Assembly (NCBI GenBank): GCA_965218435.1
Contig: CBDCKW010000009.1
Coordinates: 2,464,001 to 2,528,000 of the forward strand
DNA length: 64,000 nt
From: Truepera sp.
Lineage (GTDB): Bacteria; Deinococcota; Deinococci; Deinococcales; Trueperaceae
Direction of reading: 5' to 3'
The first letter of the stretch is position 1. Each line of letters begins with the position of its first letter. The notes under the pieces are model-generated. The model was not told the DNA's origin and searched no databases. It saw nothing but the letters and a program-made list of their open reading frames with translations. Positions 56,233 to 64,000 of this stretch are shown one piece after another. A program made the translations under genes and the position numbers.

Positions 56233-57154
56233 GCGTGAACGTGTAGTAGAAGTCTTTCAAAAAGGTCAAGCTGAGCTGATTGCGGCATTTGAGTCTTTGG
56301 ACAGCACGGCGAGCTTTGGCCTGCACAGCTGGGAGCGGCCTGGGGGCGGGGGGGGAACAGCAAGGGTTTTAGAAGGCGGGTGCGTCCTCGAGCGCACCGG
56401 GATCAATTTCTCCGCTGTTCACGGCGACGCCGTACCCTCGAGTCTCGCCGCAGCTCACCCCGGCAGTGAAGGCAAACCCTATTTTGCCACCGGTTTATCC
56501 ATGGTCTTTCACCCGCGCAACCCCTACGCCCCGGCGTTTCACGCGAACTACCGCTACTTTGAAGTCGGCAGCGAGGCGGACGAGAGCGACATCTGGTGGT
56601 TCGGCGGTGGCGCGGATATGACGCCGAACTACCCTTTTGCCGAGGATATTATTCACTTTCACCGAACGCTCAAAGCGCAGTGTGACCGGCACCTGGTTGG
56701 TGATTACAGCACACTTAAAAAGACCTGCGACGATTACTTTTACATCAAACACCGCCGTGAGATGCGCGGCGTCGGCGGGATTTTTTTCGATGAACTTTCG
56801 CCCGTCGGCCAAAACGACTTCGAGACCGACTTTGCCTTTATCCAAGACGGCGTGCAGACGCTGCTCGAGCTTTATCTGCCCATCCTCGAGCGCCGCAAAG
56901 ATACCGTTTACGGCGAACGCGAACGGCAGTGGCAACTTTTACGGCGCGGACGCTACGCTGAATTTAACTTGGTGTACGACCGGGGGACGACCTTCGGCCT
57001 GCAAACCGGTGGGCATATCGAAGCGATCTTGATGTCACTGCCGCCCTACGCGCACTGGGCCTTTGATGTTCAGCCCGAAGCAGGGTCGCCCGAAGCGGAG
57101 ATGCTGAATTACCTACAACCACGGGATTGGGTGGGCGAAACCGAACTTGTTTAA
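56225..57154 (+). CDS. hemF: Oxygen-dependent coproporphyrinogen III oxidase
   Basis: W.RP.GGGG, HP.NP..P..H.NYRYF, WWFGGG.D, RGVGGIFFD, RRGRY.EFNLVYDRGT.FGL. Confidence 0.96.
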   Translation: MSRRERVVEVFQKGQAELIAAFESLDSTASFGLHSWERPGGGGGTARVLEGGCVLERTGINFSAVHGDAVPSSLAAAHPGSEGKPYFATGLSMVFHPRNPYAPAFHANYRYFEVGSEADESDIWWFGGGADMTPNYPFAEDIIHFHRTLKAQCDRHLVGDYSTLKKTCDDYFYIKHRREMRGVGGIFFDELSPVGQNDFETDFAFIQDGVQTLLELYLPILERRKDTVYGERERQWQLLRRGRYAEFNLVYDRGTTFGLQTGGHIEAILMSLPPYAHWAFDVQPEAGSPEAEMLNYLQPRDWVGETELV

Positions 57155-57214
57155 GCCCAAAAGATTGGTCTGCTAAAGGGCATACGTCCTGTAGGGCGGC
57201 GGGTAAAATACGGT

Positions 57215-58357
57215 ATGGATCAGAGCAGCACGACTCAAGGCCCCACTGGAATCGTAATGATGAACTTGGGCGGCCCGAAGACGCTTGACGACGTAAGGCC
57301 GTTTTTACTCAAGCTCTTTGAAGACCGCGAAATTATTCAGCTCCCCGCGCAGCGATTTCTAGGGCCGTATATCGCCAAACGGCGGACTAAAAGCGTTCAG
57401 CAAAAGTACGATGAGATCGGCGGCGGCTCGCCTATCTTGGCGTGGACGGAGGAGCAGGGGCGCGGCATGTGTGAACGCCTCGATAAGCTGTCGCCGGAGA
57501 CCGCGCCGCATAAATTTTACGTGGCGTTTCGTTACGTGCATCCGTTTAGCGAAGACGCACTTCGGCAGATGAAAGCCGACGGGATCAAACGGGCCGTCGC
57601 CTTTACGCAGTACCCACAATTTTCGTGTTCGACGACCGGCTCGTCACTCAACGAACTCTGGCGGGCGGCGAAAAATGTCGGTTTGCAAAACGACTTCGAG
57701 TGGAGCGTCATAGACCGCTGGCCGACGCACCCACGTTTTATCGAAGCGATGACGGAGACCGTCAAACAGGGATTGAGTCAGTTTACCGAAGCTGAACGCG
57801 ACGACGTTTTGATCCTCTTTAGCGCCCACTCGCTGCCCCTAGACGTCATCAACCGGGGCGACGCCTACCCCGCCGAAATCGGCGCGAGCGCCCACGAAGT
57901 GATGAAACGCCTTGGCTACAGTCACGAGTACATGGTCAGCTATCAGTCGGATGTGGGGCCGGTACCGTGGCTCGGGCCGAGTACGGAAAAAGTCATCGAA
58001 TCTTTGGGTGAGAAGAAACGGCGGAATGTGCTGGTCGTCGGCATCGCGTTTACCAGTGACCACATCGAAACGCTGCACGAACTCGACATCGAATACGGCG
58101 AAGTCGCGCACAAAGCCGGAATCACCAACTTCAAGCGGGCACCGGCCTTAAACGGGTTGCCGGTTTTTCAAGACGCTTTAGCCGAAGTTGTTCTTGAACA
58201 TCTGCAGAGCGGCGAGGCGTGCAACAAGCAGTACGGGCTGCGCTGCGCGGGCTGCGTCAATCCGCAGTGCCGCAATATCTTAAATCCGGTGGCACCGTAC
58301 AAACGCACCAATGTGAGTATGTCCAAAGAAACCAAGCAGTATAAAGCTGCACTTTAA
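57215..58357 (+). CDS. hemH: Ferrochelatase, animal/fungal-like with [2Fe-2S] Cys motif
   Basis: NLGGP, IGGGSPI, YPQFSCSTTGSS, FSAHSLP, WLGP, FTSDHIETL.ELDIEY, C-terminal CAGCVNPQC. Confidence 0.96.
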   Translation: MDQSSTTQGPTGIVMMNLGGPKTLDDVRPFLLKLFEDREIIQLPAQRFLGPYIAKRRTKSVQQKYDEIGGGSPILAWTEEQGRGMCERLDKLSPETAPHKFYVAFRYVHPFSEDALRQMKADGIKRAVAFTQYPQFSCSTTGSSLNELWRAAKNVGLQNDFEWSVIDRWPTHPRFIEAMTETVKQGLSQFTEAERDDVLILFSAHSLPLDVINRGDAYPAEIGASAHEVMKRLGYSHEYMVSYQSDVGPVPWLGPSTEKVIESLGEKKRRNVLVVGIAFTSDHIETLHELDIEYGEVAHKAGITNFKRAPALNGLPVFQDALAEVVLEHLQSGEACNKQYGLRCAGCVNPQCRNILNPVAPYKRTNVSMSKETKQYKAAL

Positions 58358-58413
58358 CAAGTTCTAAACGTTCGGGCTCGAGCCTCTCCCTTTATCGTCG
58401 GCTAGAATAGGGG

Positions 58414-58968
58414 ATGCTCGAGTTTTCTTTACCTACCATGTCGGTCGAAGAATACCTGGCGTGTGAACAAAAAGGCGACGTTCGCCATGAATACGTCAAT
58501 GGTTATGTCTACGCTTTGGCAGGTGGCACCAGTCGCCATAACCGTATCTCTCTAAACATTGCTGCCCACTTTTTGCAGCTGGCACAGAGCAAACCGTGCC
58601 GCGTCTACCAAGAAGGCATGAAACTTCGCACCGAAGACAACGTTTTTTACTATCCGGACGTGATGGCAGTCTGCGGCAAACCTGAACCCGACCCTTTTTT
58701 TGAAACCGAACCGTGCGTGTTGGTCGAAGTTTTGTCACCGAGCACCAAAAACACCGACCTACGCGAAAAACTGACCGCGTACAAAAGCTTGCCGAGTGTG
58801 CAGACCTATCTGATTGTCGAGGCTGAGCGGCTGGCGGTGCGGCGGTTTTGGGTAGATGATACGCGCCGCTGGCAGCAAGAAGACCTGACCGGCGACGGCG
58901 ATATCCCGCTGCCTTGTCTGGACGGGGTGCTGAGTTTGCCGCAGATTTACCGAAATGTTTTTAGCTAG
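58414..58968 (+). CDS. Uma2 family endonuclease
   Basis: RHEYVNG...A.AG....H, YYPDV, VEVLSPST...D..EK. Confidence 0.92.
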   Translation: MLEFSLPTMSVEEYLACEQKGDVRHEYVNGYVYALAGGTSRHNRISLNIAAHFLQLAQSKPCRVYQEGMKLRTEDNVFYYPDVMAVCGKPEPDPFFETEPCVLVEVLSPSTKNTDLREKLTAYKSLPSVQTYLIVEAERLAVRRFWVDDTRRWQQEDLTGDGDIPLPCLDGVLSLPQIYRNVFS

Positions 58969-58976
58969 CAGCGTGT

Positions 58977-59390
58977 TCAGCTAAAAGGGTTTTGTACCTG
59001 TACCCCTGCAACGACCTGACCTGCATTTAGGTCTTCCGAGTACAGAACCTCACACCCTAAACGTGCCGCACTGGTGAGAATCATTGCGTCCCAGAACGAA
59101 ATAAGTGTCTCTTGGTGGAGTTTGATAGCGCTTATTACATCCAAGGCTGTCGGCTCGTGAACAGTCCAGTGCGTGTAGCGTTCTACAAGTTGACTTGCAG
59201 CTACCGGCGTGAGCAACTGTTTTCCGGTCGTAACCGTGTAGAATTCTTGCAGTACTTGTACGCTTAAACCGCCCTCAAATGACTCCCAGAGGTTACGCAC
59301 GAGCGCTGCAGCCTGTTCACGCTTTTCTCCTGCAGAAGTGTCGTGCGCGTAAACCAGTACATTGCTATCAATGAACGCCTTAGCGCTCAT
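58977..59390 (-). CDS. PIN-domain toxin
   Basis: FIDSNVLVYA.D, QVLQEF, SFWDA.I, LYSEDL..GQ...NPF. Confidence 0.9.
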   Translation of the reverse strand: MSAKAFIDSNVLVYAHDTSAGEKREQAAALVRNLWESFEGGLSVQVLQEFYTVTTGKQLLTPVAASQLVERYTHWTVHEPTALDVISAIKLHQETLISFWDAMILTSAARLGCEVLYSEDLNAGQVVAGVQVQNPFS

Positions 59391-59622
59391 GCAGTTCGTC
59401 CCTCGTCCAGCTCGCTTTGCCGTAAGTGCCTAGATTATAGCCCTGCTCGAGCGCAGCCAGCGCCTCTCTTTTAGCACGGGCGTAGTCGCTCTCGTCGGCG
59501 ACGAGCGCCTCGAGCTTCTCCCGCAACATCGCCGAAACCGATGTACCCCGCTTCGCCGCAATAACTTTAACCTCTCGGAGCGTTTCTTCGGGCAGTGCTA
59601 GGGTAATATTTCGCATCGCCAT
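59380..59622 (-). CDS. RHH/CopG-type antitoxin
   Basis: RNITLAL.......K..AA..GTSVS, WTRDELHER; upstream TTACGTG direct repeats flank a TACACT -10. Confidence 0.85.
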   Translation of the reverse strand: MAMRNITLALPEETLREVKVIAAKRGTSVSAMLREKLEALVADESDYARAKREALAALEQGYNLGTYGKASWTRDELHER

Positions 59623-59673
59623 ACTTCACCTCACGTAAAAGAGTGTAACACGTAAGTTTGTGTGTTTACGGCA

Positions 59674-62311
59674 CTACAAATCCCCGAAGAGCCCGGACTG
59701 CGCGCCTGCTTCCCTCACTTCAGGCGCTTTACGCTCCGCGTCCGTTGGGATAGGAAAATCCGCCGCCGCAAACACCTCGCCGGAGACGACCGCCGCCAGT
59801 TTTTCCGAAAGTTCAGGCCACGCCGCTACCGTCGCCTCGAGCACCCACAAAAGTTCTAAGAGTTCCCGCGTCAGCTCCGCCGTCCAGCGTTCGGGGCGAA
59901 TTTTATCGAGGTCAGAGGACGAGCGCCCCGCCCGCTCCCGCATCCGGTAGCCGAGCCAGCTTTTTACCACGCTCAAGCCCGATACCGAGAATGCCCACAC
60001 CTCCGGCGAGACCGGGCCAAACTCACCCGCGCCCACGTGCAGCGTTTTGCTCTCCGGGTCATACGAAAAATCGTTGGGATACGCTTCCGGCGCGTTCGGC
60101 ACCGCCACTGTGTTACGCGCTTCACCTCGCGGCACGCTGCCGCCGAACCGTTCGCCGCCCAGCCTTTCACCATAGGTGTGTAGCCCGATGAGCGAACGCC
60201 CAAGTGCCGCCACTTCACCAAAGAGCGCCGCATCTTTTGTCACCGGCAGACGCGGCCCCGGCAGCACCAGCTCTTCAGAAAATGTTTCGACGTAAGACGG
60301 CGAGGCCAAAAGCCTGTAAGCGTAGGCGAAAAAGTCTTCGGGAGAGACCGCAAAGTCATACGTTTCTGCCAGCACGTCTAAAAGCCCCGCTGTAACGTTC
60401 GGTTCAGAGGCCGCCGCATCCCGCCAGAGGGGAACTGCTCGACCATTACGACCATGAAAATAGTTCATGTCGGGAACGTAAGCAGATACGGAAGCACCAG
60501 GGCCGACACCTAGAACTTCAGTAAACAGAGTCGTCATGAAAACCTGCTTTGCACTGTATGTGTACCAAAGGTCATTACGAAAACGGTCAGCAAAGCGCGT
60601 ATCTGCATATATCCATTGCTTATCAAAACTGCGAAAGCCATAGCACGTTATCGGCGGAGGCGGGGCATCTTGCGGCAACGAAGCTAAAGCAGGCGCTCTC
60701 GAGCCGTCCAGATTTTCGTAAACACCGCTCACTTTGCGGGCACCTGTTTCACGGAATAGTTGGGCTCGTCTTTCCGTGGAAGCTGACAAAAATGTCTTCC
60801 AACGTTGCACCAGAACGTCTTTTATCTCAGAAATCGGCCAACTACACTTAAGCTGTGACCCTGAGTGCTGCCACGGAAACAAATCGGTTAAAAAAGGCCA
60901 ACTATGGTAATCGCCTGTACCTTCTGGCAAAAACGGAGCTTTCCAGTCTAAAAAGCAGTCTTGCCACGTCACATTACTGAAGCTTTGAATCTGGGTGAGT
61001 TGCTCGAGCTTTCCTTCTTTCGTTCCTTCTAATTTCGCGTAATGCACCTTCGCAGGTTCATCCGGTTTCGGTTTCCCGTACCGCACACCTACGGCAATCG
61101 CCACGGGCGTCTGGATGTTAAAGACGTTTTGCGTCTTGCATGCGCCTAAGCTGTCGCCTTCCAAATCCAAAATCCACAGCTCGTCGAAGGTGCGGCGCAG
61201 GTGTTCGCGCATCCCGACAAAACCGGGGCCGCGCAGGTAGCTGGCGGCGGTAATAAACGAGATGATGCCCGCGTCCTGCGGCTGCTCAAAGACTTTCCAA
61301 AGCGCCCAACGCCAAAAGTAGACATAATCGTTGTACAAGTTTTTGATGTGCCCGCCCTGACCGGCGTCCACGGCGGGTTGCGTAAAGTCTTTTAAGATGC
61401 CGTTCGTTTGGTCGTTTAGGTTTTGCTGACCAAAACGCACCCAACCGCCTTTAAGTGCCACTTTATTTTTGAGGTCGTCTTTATCGCGCGTTTGCCGGTC
61501 GTATGGCGGATTGCCGATGCAGACCAAAACGCGAGTGTCTTGTTTGACCTCTCTAGCGCGGCGGTGTTCTTCGGTCAGGCGGCGGTACATGAGGCCGTGC
61601 TGCTCCAAGTCTCTGGCTTCGGGGGACTCGAGGGTGTCCGCCAGATAGACATGCACCCCGTCGGCGGGTAGTTCGCCGCCCTCTTCCATCACCTTTTGCG
61701 TCACGCGCAGGTGCGCCACCGCGTAGGGGCCGACGAGAAACTCTAACGCGTGCAGGTTTTGCGCGACCTTCGTGGCGTACTGGCTCCGCATTCCGGGGCC
61801 GTAAAACTCGGCGACGTTCTCTAAGGCGTGTTGCAACACTGCGAGCGGATACGCGCCGGTTCCGGCTGCCGGGTCGAGCACCACGACATCATCTTCAGCG
61901 TAGGCCAGGGGTTTGTCGAAACGGGTTTCTAAAAGTTCAGCGACGAGTCGCACCTGCGCTTGAATGACCGGCGCGGGCGTGTAATAGACGCCGTAATCGT
62001 TGCGGAGACGGCGGTCATAGGCAGCCAAAAAGTCTTCGTAAAAATAGAGCTATAGGTCAGGGCCATTAGGCCCAGGCACTGAGTGCCTAACCTGGGGGTC
62101 GTTGCCTTCTTTGCTCAGGGCTGCCGGGTCTACGGCGGTGATGGTCCGAATCAACGTCTAAACCGACACCCACGTCGCGGCGGGCCTCACGGTCGCTTAA
62201 AATCACCAGCGTTTGGGCGAGGAGACCGTGACCGGACTCGAGGGTTTCGGCGGCCCGTTCGGGCCGGACGTTCTCCGCGCCGCTAAAGCGGGTCAAAAGG
62301 AGCGCGTAGGT
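59674..62311 (-). pseudogene. Fused restriction-modification enzyme (Type IIG/ISP-like N6-adenine MTase plus TRD), 5'-truncated with frameshift and TAG
   Basis: GVYYTP, LDPAAGTG, IGNPPY; upstream DL*LYFYEDFLAAYD with TAG at 62050-62052, frameshift near 62150, similarity ends at TYALLL near 62311. Confidence 0.85.
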
Positions 62312-62617
62312 CGAGTGAACACGCCATGCCCTACTATGCTGCTATATCAAGGCTAACGCAATTCGCTGTACTAGACTCAAAAAAGCTGATACTGTGCGGT
62401 CTCGCAAAGACGTTGCGAAAAAGAAGGTTTTCCTTGCAACCAACTTAGCCGCCAGGGAGGCGTACACTTCCTTTAGCCAAAGCCGATACTATAGTCAAGT
62501 CGCTCAAGGGAAAGCTTTAGGAGTTTAATACCAAAATGACTGCAGCCGTAAGTTTTCGCTTGTCTGCTTTTGAATAGATATAGCTTAGAAGACCCAATCT
62601 TGGCTTAGGAAATTACC

Positions 62618-63151
62618 GTGTCCATAACCATCAAGCAGGAGGGTGCCGCCGACGCAAAGACCATAGCGGCACTAGTAATGCGTGCATATCAAGCTGTTCC
62701 ATACAGCGATCATCGCGAGCAAGTCATGATCGAGCGGCTCCGCATGTCCGACGCCTTCATCCCCGAACTGTCTCTGCTGGCTGAAATCGATGATGAGCCG
62801 GTCGGTCACATTCTGCTAACCAAGATTGAGGTGCGTAATGAGCGATTCTCTACAGCCTCGCTTTCACTTGCCCCACTTTCTGTTGTACCGAATTATCAGC
62901 GAATGGGGGTAGGAGCCGCTCTTGTTCGAGAAGCTCATTGGAGAGCCGTCCAACTAGGTTTCCGGTCGGTCATTCTAATCGGTATCCCGGATTATTACGA
63001 ACGTTTCGGCTACCAGCCTATGAGCCGTTACCCCATTACTGTGCCGTTCACGGTACCAGAGCGGAACTGCATGGTTATCGCGCTCGTGCCAGATGGCCTT
63101 GTTGGTATGAGCGGGACAGTCATATATCCGCCCGTATGGATGACTGCCTAA
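62618..63151 (+). CDS. GNAT acetyltransferase (YhbS-like)
   Basis: IERLR.S.AFIPELSL.A, LAPLSV.P.YQ..GVG, G.PDYY.RFG. Confidence 0.88.
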   Translation: MSITIKQEGAADAKTIAALVMRAYQAVPYSDHREQVMIERLRMSDAFIPELSLLAEIDDEPVGHILLTKIEVRNERFSTASLSLAPLSVVPNYQRMGVGAALVREAHWRAVQLGFRSVILIGIPDYYERFGYQPMSRYPITVPFTVPERNCMVIALVPDGLVGMSGTVIYPPVWMTA

Positions 63152-63253
63152 ACTGACTGACGGCTTTTCGGCAATGCCAAGCGCAGCGGGGAAGCGTCAG
63201 CTGGTTCGTCACAGGTATTTATAATTTATACTTGGGCGTATTCCGTCAAACAT

Positions 63254-63478
63254 TTAGTCGCCTAACCTGGCTTTGAGTTCTCTCTCAGCTTCAGCCCAGG
63301 TTCGGCCCGCAGCAATCATCAAACTGGTATGTTCTGCAAGCTTATCCGCACGGTCCAGTTGGTGACGCCCGAGTTCAGCTTTGTCGAGGTCGCGGTACTC
63401 GCCTAAAGGCTCAATTTTGCGTACCGCCTCGTCATAGTTGGCGTAAATACTGGCGATAAAGTAGCGTTTTTGGAGCAT
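63254..63478 (-). CDS. Hypothetical protein
   Basis: 74-aa ORF with protein-like composition; no family recognised. Confidence 0.45.
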   Translation of the reverse strand: MLQKRYFIASIYANYDEAVRKIEPLGEYRDLDKAELGRHQLDRADKLAEHTSLMIAAGRTWAEAERELKARLGD

Positions 63479-63520
63479 ACTCTATTTAACTCGTTTGAGC
63501 ATATCCTTACCCCGGTTCTA

Positions 63521-63559
63521 AACGACAAACAGCCCCTAGCGTGAGGACTGTTTGTCGTT
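63521..63559. terminator. Hairpin downstream of the CBM32-domain gene
   Basis: aacgacaaacag...ctgtttgtcgtt inverted repeat. Confidence 0.65.
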
Positions 63560-63607
63560 AGCTGTTAGGTTTTTCTCAGTTACCAATGACGCCTCGCTCC
63601 CAGCAGC

Positions 63608-64000
63608 TTAACGCCGGTAGACGCCGAACTCGTACAAAGCGTAACCGTAGCTGCTCCCGCGCACTGTCCCTTCTAAACGGACGTAGCGGCCCGAAGCGTT
63701 GACGTCAACGTCGTCCGTATTCCCATCACCGGTCGTTGTCTCGTAAACGGTTCGCCAGCTGTTCCCGTCGTCGGAGACCCCAATCTTGTAGGCTTTGCCG
63801 TAGGCCGTCTCCCAGACGAGCTGAACGTGGTTAAACGCTTGAACCGAGCCTAAGTCAACTTGAAGCCACTGCGGGTCGCTCCACTCACTGCCCCAATTGG
63901 TCGCGGCGTTGCCGTCGGTCGCGTAACGCGGGAAAAAGGTCTTGCCGTTATATTCGGGCTGGTACGACGAAGCGGTTGTGGGTTTATTGAGCGCGAGGTT
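63608..64000 (-). CDS. 3' end of a protein with a C-terminal F5/8 type C (CBM32/discoidin) domain
   Basis: NLALNKPTTASS...ATDGN..T.W.S..SDPQWLQVDLGS......L.WE.AY...Y.I.VSDDG..W...GRYVR...EFGVY. Confidence 0.88.
   Translation of the reverse strand, partial: NLALNKPTTASSYQPEYNGKTFFPRYATDGNAATNWGSEWSDPQWLQVDLGSVQAFNHVQLVWETAYGKAYKIGVSDDGNSWRTVYETTTGDGNTDDVDVNASGRYVRLEGTVRGSSYGYALYEFGVYRR

Noticed and set aside
45095..62052. Amber recoding suggested by in-frame TAGs in sulP and the R-M gene
   Set aside because: TAG ends many intact genes here (purF, carD, nusG, secE, hemE), and the R-M gene also has a frameshift and truncation; nonsense mutation is simpler.

Overview
Chromosomal segment of a Deinococcota bacterium, probably Truepera-like (inferred from the large lineage-specific insert in RpoC, Thermus/Deinococcus-like L33, and many leaderless genes). 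Core content: purL-purF, mutS-mutL, ada, carD, the thrU-tyrU-gly-thrT-tuf-rpmG-secE-nusG-rplKAJL-rpoBC superoperon, a PolX-PHP lacking its polymerase aspartates, dcd, and a heme cluster (hemA-C-D-B-HK-RR-vapBC-hemE-F-H). Accessory genes, several toxin-antitoxin modules and about nine decayed gene fragments are interspersed. Main highlights: (1) the two-component system in the heme cluster looks like Leptospira HemKR, with a perfect TGACA-N6-TGACA box upstream of hemA; (2) the ferrochelatase closely resembles the animal/fungal mitochondrial [2Fe-2S] type; (3) the palindrome CTCGAG is highly iterated (about 130 copies by hand count, all reading frames), like cyanobacterial HIP1; (4) a TA cassette sits between mutL and a decayed duplicate of the mutL 3' end. 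No CRISPR array, rRNA or intact transposase was seen. All family calls are by eye and from memory; no searches were run.
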